Part shown: piece by piece, positions 1 through 7,245 of the stretch
Layout of the letters: every line of letters begins with the position of its first letter
Numbering within the stretch: the stretch's first letter is position 1
DNA from: an uncultured Candidatus Saccharibacteria bacterium
GTDB taxonomy: Bacteria > Patescibacteriota > Minisyncoccia > Minisyncoccales > GWA2-38-27
NCBI GenBank assembly: GCA_964571585.1
Contig: CAZNBW010000002.1
Span: forward strand, 288 to 38,730
Length of the DNA stretch: 38,443 nucleotides
Direction: 5' to 3'
Program-made: the position numbers and the translations under genes
Notes under the pieces: generated by a model
Told to the model about the DNA's origin: nothing
What the model saw: only the letters and a program-made list of their open reading frames with translations
The model's database searches: none

Positions 1-771
1 GAATTGCGACCACCACATTCTCCACCAGCTTCTTGTGACAGGTAATATATATGCTATGAATGCAATCGGAGAGAGTATCACTAATATCCAGATAGCTATA
101 TATCTTAGCATAAATAATAAGGCGAAGATTAATAAAATAAAAGCTAATATGCCTAAAAATGGAACGAGAATCATCTTTTGCACAGCTATTTCTAATGCTT
201 GATCCCAGTTGCTTCTGCCGGGATCAAAAACCGTTCCTATGTCGTCCAGCTTTGGAACTATTTCATTTGCAAACCTGGTGGTTCCGTTTACTATTTGGCC
301 CACAAAGAAATTCATTATAATATTGGAAGCATCTACGATAACACCGCAAATAACAGGAGTAAAGTTTACCAAAAGAGCAATGATAATAAAAGTAGGTAAT
401 AGTTTTTGAGCTTGGTATTCTTGCAGTCTTAGAATAGTGGCTAAAGCAATGTATATCAAGATTAATATCAATATCATATTAACCAAACTTTGGGCAATGC
501 TTAAACCAACCTGTATAACGCGGTTTGTAGCGGGGTTGGTATAAGACATTGTTATAAAGTTTGGGTCTAAAACCCAGTTAACAGCCAAGCCAGCCACTTT
601 CACCAACAGGGTAGCAGAATATATAAGGATTTTGAGAACAAAAAAAGGTAAAAAAGTCGCGATGTTTACTACAAAGTCTGGAACGGCGTAGGATGTTCGA
701 GGAATAATAAAACCAACTATCGCGAACAACAACAGCAATAATGGTTTTTTAAACTTTTCCACAAACTTCAT
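1..771 (-). CDS. Polytopic membrane protein, N-terminus complete, C-terminal end runs off window; possibly TrbL/VirB6-like
   Basis: Minus-strand frame open from the ATG (rc of 769-771) to position 1, 257 codons with no stop. It is absent from the ORF track because it has no stop in the window. My translation MKFVEKFKKPLLLLLFAIVGFIIP...RYIAIWILVILSPIAFIAYILPVTRSWWRMWWSQF shows an N-terminal hydrophobic segment and several TM spans. The functional label rests only on general resemblance and the neighbouring pilin-like genes. Confidence 0.55.
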   Translation of the reverse strand, partial: MKFVEKFKKPLLLLLFAIVGFIIPRTSYAVPDFVVNIATFLPFFVLKILIYSATLLVKVAGLAVNWVLDPNFITMSYTNPATNRVIQVGLSIAQSLVNMILILILIYIALATILRLQEYQAQKLLPTFIIIALLVNFTPVICGVIVDASNIIMNFFVGQIVNGTTRFANEIVPKLDDIGTVFDPGRSNWDQALEIAVQKMILVPFLGILAFILLIFALLFMLRYIAIWILVILSPIAFIAYILPVTRSWWRMWWSQF

Positions 772-825
772 AATATTAAATTATTATACCATGATAAAAA
801 GTAAATCGTAAATAGTAAATAGTAA

Positions 826-1614
826 TCAAAAGCTAATTGTAAGATTTTTCCAGCCTTGAATCGTTAGAGTTTCTGCTCGTTGAGCTGGTTTAATGTTGTT
901 CTGTTTTAGCCATTTAATAGTTTGTTCCTTTTCTAATTTTAATCCTTTGCTCAAGTTATTTATAATCTGCTTTCTAGGACTGGAAAATCCAGCCTTCACA
1001 ATTTTAAAGAATAACCCTAAGCCTGGCTTAGCTAAACCAGGCTTAAGGAAAGGGGTGATTTTTAAGACAGCAGCATCTACTTTAGGCTTTGGTTGAAAAG
1101 AGTCTCTGGGGACATAGAACAGTATTTTGGGTTTAGCATAAACTTGCACAGAAACAGTTAATATGCTCATCTGTGGCGGCTTAGCTGTTATTTTTTGAGC
1201 CACTTCTTTTTGCACCATCAAGATCATTTCTTTTGGTTTATTCTTCTCTTCTAAAAGTTTTCTAATAACTGGAGAGGTTATATAAAAGGGGAGATTAGCA
1301 ACAATCTTATAACTTGGAACCTGGAATTTATAGCTCAAAATATCAGCGGCAATAACCTCAATATTATTATAATCTTTTAATTCTTGTTTTAGGATCTCGC
1401 AGATGTTCTTATCTTTTTCTATTGCAATTACCTTTTTTGTAATCCTAGCTAGTTCTTTTGTTAAAACCCCAAGGCCTGGTCCTATTTCTATGACAGTATC
1501 ATTTGGTTTTAAGTTAGCTGCTTTTATTATTTTATTAACAATGCTTTTATTTTTTAAAAAGTTTTGGCCTAGTCTTTTATTGGGTTTTATGTTATATTTC
1601 TTAAATATATTCAT
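826..1614 (-). CDS. rsmA: 16S rRNA (adenine1518/1519-N6)-dimethyltransferase RsmA/KsgA
   Basis: 262 aa. LGQNFL near the N-terminus, SAM-binding VIEIGPGLGVLT, and ANLPFYITSP (NLPY-type motif). Confidence 0.93.
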   Translation of the reverse strand: MNIFKKYNIKPNKRLGQNFLKNKSIVNKIIKAANLKPNDTVIEIGPGLGVLTKELARITKKVIAIEKDKNICEILKQELKDYNNIEVIAADILSYKFQVPSYKIVANLPFYITSPVIRKLLEEKNKPKEMILMVQKEVAQKITAKPPQMSILTVSVQVYAKPKILFYVPRDSFQPKPKVDAAVLKITPFLKPGLAKPGLGLFFKIVKAGFSSPRKQIINNLSKGLKLEKEQTIKWLKQNNIKPAQRAETLTIQGWKNLTISF

Positions 1615-1789
1615 TTTTATATATTAACACGTTTTTAACCTCTTTGATATTGACCACGCTTAACAAACAAGATATCATAGAAGAATAGGTTGAATTTAAA
1701 CAGGAGACCGAATTATTTCTAAAACTCAGCTGCTTGAAGCTGTTAAAAAGAAACTTAAAAAGAATCCTTTTTTTTATTTAATCATTGCA

Positions 1790-2776
1790 TTGATTGTTTT
1801 TTTCTTTGGATTTCTATGTTTCGGCTTAGATTCCCTTTCTTCAGAGAGCTTTTCTTTTTTGCAAGCTAATTTAAATAAAACAGAATCTTTATTTGCAAAG
1901 CCAGCCAGCAATTTTTTAAGAGAATCCCCTAATATTGCTTTGTTGGGAGAGAATAGCATAGTAGCTGTTTCACCGCCTTCTTCTATTGATACGCAGGTTT
2001 TAGGCTCTATTGTCGGAGGAGGAGAGATGGAGTCTGACGGGGGAAATAACGTTTTTGAATACATTGTTCAAGAAGGTGATACTATTTCTGCCATTGCTGA
2101 TAAATACGGAATAAGCACAGATACAATTCTTTGGGCAAATGAGCTTAGCTCCAAGTCAGTGATCAGCGCCGGCCAAAAGCTTGTTGTCTTGCCAGTTTCA
2201 GGAGTTTTATACTATGTAAAATCAGGAGATACTTTAAGCGAAATAGCAGAGATTTTTAAGGGTGAGTTGGATGAGATTGTTGAGTTTAATAGTCTTTCTA
2301 ATGAAGGAGATATGTTTGTAGGAGATATTTTAATTATTCCAGGAGGAAAAATGCCTGCAAAGCCAACAGCAACTTATACGGTTCCGCAAACGCCAATAGG
2401 TAATTCTTCCTTTATTTGTCCTCACGCAGATTGTTATATAACCCAAGGCTTGCATTGGTATAACGCCATTGATTTTGGAGGAAAATGCGGAGACCCAATA
2501 TATGCAGCAGCAGCTGGTACTGTTCAAAGAGTAGGTTACGGCTGGAACGGAGGAGCCGGCAATTATGTTAGAATAATACATCATTTTGCTGGTGGAGATG
2601 TAATAACGATGTATGGACACTTGCAGACAATTTTAGTTAAGCCCGACCAGCCGGTTTCTCAGGGAGAGATTATTGCTTTAATGGGAGGAAAGCCAGGTAT
2701 GGCAGGAGCTGGAATATCTACTGGCTGTCACGTGCATTTTGATGTAAGAGGTTCTAGAAATCCATTCTCAAAATAG
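1790..2776 (+). CDS. Membrane-anchored LysM-domain M23/LytM peptidoglycan metallopeptidase
   Basis: N-terminal TM segment. Two LysM repeats (YIVQEGDTISAIADKYGIS.., YYVKSGDTLSEIAEIFKGE..). C-terminal M23 motifs (LHWYNAIDFGG, GNYVRIIH, TGCHVHFDV). The exact start is uncertain. Confidence 0.88.
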   Translation: MIVFFFGFLCFGLDSLSSESFSFLQANLNKTESLFAKPASNFLRESPNIALLGENSIVAVSPPSSIDTQVLGSIVGGGEMESDGGNNVFEYIVQEGDTISAIADKYGISTDTILWANELSSKSVISAGQKLVVLPVSGVLYYVKSGDTLSEIAEIFKGELDEIVEFNSLSNEGDMFVGDILIIPGGKMPAKPTATYTVPQTPIGNSSFICPHADCYITQGLHWYNAIDFGGKCGDPIYAAAAGTVQRVGYGWNGGAGNYVRIIHHFAGGDVITMYGHLQTILVKPDQPVSQGEIIALMGGKPGMAGAGISTGCHVHFDVRGSRNPFSK

Positions 2777-2795
2777 AAATAAAGTAAATAAACAA

Positions 2796-2823
2796 CAGAG
2801 AGTATTTTATTCTCTGTTTTTTT
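2796..2823 (+). terminator. Rho-independent terminator after the M23 gene
   Basis: Stem cagagag / ttctctg (7 bp, one G-U) with a 7-nt loop, followed by a T7 run. Confidence 0.6.
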
Positions 2824-2837
2824 GTTATAATATTATA

Positions 2838-4418
2838 ATGAAAAAGATTATAATATTTTCTCTTGTGATTTTCTTGTTAGTTCCTGTTTTTGTTTCTGCT
2901 CAGCAATCATGCGTTCCATGTTCAGAGCCAGGAGGACTGGTCCCCTGCGGCAGAAAGTGCGATGATCTTTCTACTCCAAGAGATGAGTGTTTGCCTTGTA
3001 CTTTGTGTGACTTTTTTGTAGTGATTGATCAAATGATTGACATGATAATTTCAGGCCCTTTGTTAATTATCATGATTATTTTGATTATAGGGCTTATAAC
3101 TATAACAGCTTATGCCAGAAGAGGGTCTTCTGAAATAATTAATAAAGTTAAAAGAGCCTTAACAGGAGTAGTAATAGGAATTATTATTATTTATGGCGCC
3201 TGGGTTATTATTTACGCAGTTTTATTGGCAATAGGAGCTGTTACTTGGTCAGGATTAAATAATCTATGGATTATTAACTGTCCTGCTTATGTTCAGCCAG
3301 CGCCACCAGTATTAATAACAACCCATTGCGGAGATGGAATTATCCAAAGACCTAATAGCAGCGGTTTTATTGAAATCTGCGATGGAACTAGTTTAGGAGG
3401 ACAAAGTTGTAGAAGCAGGGGTTTTGAGTCAGGAGATCTTTTGTGTCTTGGGGATTGTTCTGGGTTTGATGAGTCTAACTGTGTTCCCTATGCCCAGCCC
3501 ATTGGGCCATCTTTGCCCACGCCTGTTCCTACGAATCCAACGCCTCTAGTAACTCTTCCCCCGCCAGGCAGCATGTCAGTAATAGTGACAGTTATGAATC
3601 TTGACGGAGCAGGGCTTCCTTATCCTTCAGGAGACGTTACCTGCGCTAAACTAGGTTATTCATATTGTGAAATAGTTGAAGGGGCAATAATCGGCAAACA
3701 CAGTGGCGGTTTTGATGTAGTAAATGCTGCTTGTAGCCGTGTTTTTGCAGACGGGAGGCATGCCAGGCCTATTCTAAGAGTTAGGTGCCACGTGTGTCCA
3801 ACTCCTTCGATGCTGAACCCAACCATACCATCTACTCAGCCTCCAATAGATAACGCTCCTACTATTTCTCCTATCGGACCTAAGTCTGTTGACGAGGGTC
3901 AGATGTTAAGTTTTACAGTATCGGGAACAGATCCAGACAATGATCCTTTAAATTATTCTACCCTTAACGCTCTTAACCAGGTTTCTCCAACTGATCCTCC
4001 AGGGGTTGCTCCCGGCTCTAACCTTAATCAGACAACAGGACTTTTTACATGGACGCCCACTTTTAACCAGGCAGGAACATATACTATTACATTTATTGTT
4101 TCAGACGGTCAGTTAACAGATATGGAAACGATAACTATCATTGTGAATAATGTAAATGGGGCTCCAACACTAAACAGCATAGGAGATAAAACAGTTGCTC
4201 AAAACAATGTTTTATCATTCATTATTACCGGTCAAGATCCAGACAACAATCCTTTAACCTATTCTGTTCAGGGGAATCCTATGGGAGCTAGTTTTAACAG
4301 CACAACAGGGCTTTTCACTTGGATACCAGTTATAACGGGCAGTTATAACATAACCTTTAGTGTTTCAGATGGTTCTCTTAGTGATTCAGAAGCAATAACT
4401 ATTACTGTTACACCCTAA
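2838..4418 (+). CDS. Secreted/membrane protein: VirB2/TrbC-type (T4SS) pilin-like N-terminal module fused to a Cys-rich repeat and two cadherin-like/He_PIG-type Ig domains
   Basis: Signal peptide. Cys-rich segment CVPCSEPGGLVPCGRKCDD..CLPCTLCDFF followed by two long TM helices (aa ~60-145), the architecture I recall for the CPR T4SS_pilin family. Then HCGDGIIQ..CDGTSLGGQSCRSRGFESGDLLCLGDCSGFDESNC. Then two ~90-aa repeats (PIGPKSVDEGQMLSFTVSGTDPDNDPLNYS..GLFTWTPT..YTITFIVSDG and SIGDKTVAQNNVLSFIITGQDPDNNPLTYS..GLFTWIPV..YNITFSVSDG). Confidence 0.85.
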   Translation: MKKIIIFSLVIFLLVPVFVSAQQSCVPCSEPGGLVPCGRKCDDLSTPRDECLPCTLCDFFVVIDQMIDMIISGPLLIIMIILIIGLITITAYARRGSSEIINKVKRALTGVVIGIIIIYGAWVIIYAVLLAIGAVTWSGLNNLWIINCPAYVQPAPPVLITTHCGDGIIQRPNSSGFIEICDGTSLGGQSCRSRGFESGDLLCLGDCSGFDESNCVPYAQPIGPSLPTPVPTNPTPLVTLPPPGSMSVIVTVMNLDGAGLPYPSGDVTCAKLGYSYCEIVEGAIIGKHSGGFDVVNAACSRVFADGRHARPILRVRCHVCPTPSMLNPTIPSTQPPIDNAPTISPIGPKSVDEGQMLSFTVSGTDPDNDPLNYSTLNALNQVSPTDPPGVAPGSNLNQTTGLFTWTPTFNQAGTYTITFIVSDGQLTDMETITIIVNNVNGAPTLNSIGDKTVAQNNVLSFIITGQDPDNNPLTYSVQGNPMGASFNSTTGLFTWIPVITGSYNITFSVSDGSLSDSEAITITVTP

Positions 4419-4460
4419 CATATATATGCAAATTATTACATTAAATGATATAATTGAAAA

Positions 4461-6296
4461 ATGAGGATTTTTGCAATAATTTTCTTAATAGTTATAGCCT
4501 TATCTTTTACTCCTGATTTTGTTTTTGCTCAAGTTCCGAGAACTAATTGCCCTACAGACATTGATCCAAACGCCCTGCTTCCTTGCGGAGGACCAACTTG
4601 TCCCTGCACCTTGTGTGATTTTTTTGTATTAATCCAAAACCTTGTTAATTTTGCCCTAACCAGGGTAGTACCTGCTATAGCAGCTTTAATGATACTAATA
4701 GCAGGCGCTATGATGGTTTCGGCTTATGCTGGTCAATCAGGACCTGAAATGATAAGCAGGGCAAAGAAGCTTTTAGGCGCCTTAGTAATAGGCCTTTTTA
4801 TTGTTTATCTTGCTTGGGTAATTATTAATATGTTTTTAATGTCTATCGGTGTAGCTTCATGGACTGGCTTGGGGCAATGGTGGACCATTAATTGCCAAGC
4901 TCCAGCAGGTACGCCCATACCTCCTATCACAATGCCAGGATGTACAGATTCTGCAGCTCTAAATTATAATCCGCTTGCTACTGTAGATGATGGAACTTGT
5001 GTCTACGCTCCTGTTACAGTATTAGGGTGTACAGATTCTGCAGCGACGAATTATAATCCAGCAGCTACGATAGACGACGGTTCTTGTATTTATCCTCCAA
5101 TCCCGATACCGGGTTGTACAGATCCTGTAGCTGTAAATTATAATCCTAGTGCCAGCTCGGATGATGGTTCTTGCAATTATTGTGGTAATAGTGTTTTTAA
5201 TTCTGGTGAACAATGTGACTGTGGAACAGATGGCGCTTGTACGTTTTCAGAATTAAACAATAATACATGTCAAAGCATAGGATCAGGGTTTACAGACGGA
5301 ATTTTATTTTGTAATAATAATTGTACATTTGATACAAGCGGTTGTACAACATGTAATAATGGATTAGCCCAAACGCCGATTGAAGAATGCGATATGTCTG
5401 ATTTGGACGGACAGGATTGTCAGTCCTTAGGATTTCCAGGAGGCGGAAATTTAATTTGTACTTCTTCTTGCACTTTTGATACGAGCGGTTGTATTAGTAC
5501 TCCGCCGGTGCAAGGATGTATGGATATTAATGCTATAAACTTTGATCCAGCAGCTACGGTAGATGACGGTTCTTGTAATTATTGCGGCAATAACATAATT
5601 AATTCAGGAGAAACATGCGATGGAACTACTCATGGAACTGCAACCTGCGCTGATTACGGTTTAGCTCCAGGAGCCTTAGCGTGTTTGCCAGACTGTTCAG
5701 GGTTTGATACAACAGGCTGCGGACCTGTTCTTCCGCCAACAGCAGGAGATCGCTTATGGAACTGCCAGTTTAACGGCGTTACAATGTCTAAATTGGCAGG
5801 GTTTGATCCAACAAACAACTCAGTTTATTTATTAGGTTATTGGTCAGTAAATATGATTAACTCAACAGACGGTTTTAATTGGTTCACTACATGCCAGCCA
5901 GGATGGTTTGGTATGGTTGGCAGCCAGGGGTGGAAAGATCTAGATAATTTTGCCAGCACTCATCCAGACGGGGACTATATAGCTTATGCTGGTTTTGACG
6001 GTTCTTATTTATTCTTTACAGTGCAAAGTGGTCTATTAACGCTTAATCAAGATCTTTGTTCAGCTTGTCCTAATAACAGTCAAGGATTGTGTGATCCGAC
6101 AGTATGTTCTAATCTGGGAAGCACCTGCCGCAACGTTGTGGTATCCATTCTGGGCGGGTCTTTTGGCAATATGTGTGTGAAAGAAAATAGTTGTAGTTCT
6201 TGCGGAATGGTTGTTGGAGATATATGTAACGCAATAGAGTGCACTGCTATTGGTCCTGCCTGTTCATATAATCCTGCCTTAGGAACTTGCCAGTAA
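4461..6296 (+). CDS. Secreted/membrane protein: second T4SS-pilin-like N-terminal module fused to multiple Cys-rich repeats and a novel C-terminal domain
   Basis: Signal peptide. LLPCGGPTCPCTLCDFFVLIQNLVNF plus two TM helices, paralogous to aa 1-147 of the 2838..4418 protein. Four GC[TM]D..A.N[YF][ND]P.A..DDG[ST]C.Y repeats. Three CGN..NSGE.CD...C..FDT.GC-type repeats. Aa 432-527 are homologous to the N-terminus of the 34573..36774 protein. Cys-rich tail. Confidence 0.85.
   Translation: MRIFAIIFLIVIALSFTPDFVFAQVPRTNCPTDIDPNALLPCGGPTCPCTLCDFFVLIQNLVNFALTRVVPAIAALMILIAGAMMVSAYAGQSGPEMISRAKKLLGALVIGLFIVYLAWVIINMFLMSIGVASWTGLGQWWTINCQAPAGTPIPPITMPGCTDSAALNYNPLATVDDGTCVYAPVTVLGCTDSAATNYNPAATIDDGSCIYPPIPIPGCTDPVAVNYNPSASSDDGSCNYCGNSVFNSGEQCDCGTDGACTFSELNNNTCQSIGSGFTDGILFCNNNCTFDTSGCTTCNNGLAQTPIEECDMSDLDGQDCQSLGFPGGGNLICTSSCTFDTSGCISTPPVQGCMDINAINFDPAATVDDGSCNYCGNNIINSGETCDGTTHGTATCADYGLAPGALACLPDCSGFDTTGCGPVLPPTAGDRLWNCQFNGVTMSKLAGFDPTNNSVYLLGYWSVNMINSTDGFNWFTTCQPGWFGMVGSQGWKDLDNFASTHPDGDYIAYAGFDGSYLFFTVQSGLLTLNQDLCSACPNNSQGLCDPTVCSNLGSTCRNVVVSILGGSFGNMCVKENSCSSCGMVVGDICNAIECTAIGPACSYNPALGTCQ
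4935..5180 (+). repeat. Tandem in-frame coding repeats (3 copies, plus a 4th at 5514-5582) of a ~25-aa Cys-bounded module
   Basis: GCTDSAALNYNPLATVDDGTCVY / GCTDSAATNYNPAATIDDGSCIY / GCTDPVAVNYNPSASSDDGSCNY, and later GCMDINAINFDPAATVDDGSCNY. The DNA-level similarity is visible (ggntgtacagattctgcagc...). Confidence 0.8.
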
Positions 6297-6349
6297 TATA
6301 TTTTAATTGACAAAAGCCATTAATTTTGTTATTTTTGAGCTATATTGTA

Positions 6350-6422
6350 GCCTCGCTAGCTCAATTGGCAGAGCAGATCCCTCTTAAGGATAAGGTTGAA
6401 GGTTCGAGTCCTTCGCGAGGCA
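6350..6422 (+). tRNA. tRNA-Lys (anticodon CTT)
   Basis: Hand-folded cloverleaf. Acceptor gcctcgc/gcgaggc, D arm gctc-aattggca-gagc, anticodon arm gatcc-CTCTTAA-ggata (one G.A at 27-43), T arm gaagg-ttcgagt-ccttc, discriminator A. No encoded CCA. Confidence 0.88.
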
Positions 6423-6473
6423 CAAGAAAGGGCTTGCCCCTTTTTTGTTTATTTGGTATAAATAAGAAAACAT

Positions 6474-6740
6474 ATGTTGAAACAAGAAGATAAATCAAAA
6501 TTAATACAAGAGAATAAGCTGCACGAGGCAGATACTGGTTCTGCGGATGTGCAGATTGTTTTGCTTTCAGAGGAAATAAAACAACTTTTGTCTCATTTAA
6601 AAAAACACCCAAAAGACTTTCATTCTAAAAGAGGCCTTTTAAAAATGGTTTCTAAGAGAAGAAAGCTGATGAAGTACTTAAAAAAAGAAGATGAAAAAAG
6701 ATATTCTGGCCTGGTTAAAAAAGTAGGGCTAAAGAAATAA
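6474..6740 (+). CDS. rpsO: 30S ribosomal protein S15
   Basis: 88 aa; ..TGSADVQIVLLSEEIKQLLSHLKKHPKDFHSKRGLLKMVSKRRKLMKYL.. is the canonical S15 signature. Confidence 0.95.
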   Translation: MLKQEDKSKLIQENKLHEADTGSADVQIVLLSEEIKQLLSHLKKHPKDFHSKRGLLKMVSKRRKLMKYLKKEDEKRYSGLVKKVGLKK

Positions 6741-6741
6741 T

Positions 6742-7245
6742 ATGATTAATAAACATTCAGGACATAGAGTGGCGGTGTTAATAGATGTTCAAAACCTTTA
6801 TCACTCAGCTAAAAATCTATACAATGCCAGGGTTAATTTCCGGGAGATTTTAAAAATAGCAGTTTCAGAGAGGTGTTTAATAAGGGCTTTTGGCTATGTT
6901 GTAAGTACTAAAACAGGAGAAGAAAAACCTTTCTTTGATGCTTTAACAAAACTAGGCATAGAAACCAGGGTAAGGGAGCTTCAAGAGTTTTACGGAGGAC
7001 AGAAAAAAGCTGATTGGGATGTAGGTATAGTAATTGATGCTATAAGGATTTCTCCGAGTGTTGATGTTTTAGTTCTGGTTTCAGGAGACGGAGATTTTAT
7101 TTCTTTAGTAGAATATTTAAAGAACCAGGGTAAAAGAGTAGAGGTTATGGCTTTTGGCAAGTCAGCCTCTGGAAAACTAAAAGAAGAAGCAGATGAATTT
7201 GTTGATTTTTGTGAAAATCCTAAGAAGTTCTTAATTAAAAAATGA
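6742..7245 (+). CDS. NYN/LabA-like (DUF88) domain protein, predicted RNase-fold
   Basis: VAVLIDVQNLYHSAK at the N-terminus and DVLVLVSGDGDFISLVEYLKNQGKRVEVMAF are typical of PIN-like NYN/LabA domains. Starts 2 nt after the rpsO stop and overlaps the pnp start (ATGA). Confidence 0.8.
   Translation: MINKHSGHRVAVLIDVQNLYHSAKNLYNARVNFREILKIAVSERCLIRAFGYVVSTKTGEEKPFFDALTKLGIETRVRELQEFYGGQKKADWDVGIVIDAIRISPSVDVLVLVSGDGDFISLVEYLKNQGKRVEVMAFGKSASGKLKEEADEFVDFCENPKKFLIKK

Noticed and set aside
199-409. Two 66-aa plus-strand ORFs from the track
   Set aside because: They lie antisense inside the 257-codon minus-strand membrane-protein frame (1-771), which is open to the window edge and has clear TM character. 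The plus-strand translations are compositionally odd and lack start signals.
6361-6612. 83-aa minus-strand ORF
   Set aside because: It overlaps tRNA-Lys and the 5' part of rpsO on the opposite strand. It is explained by those two well-supported features.
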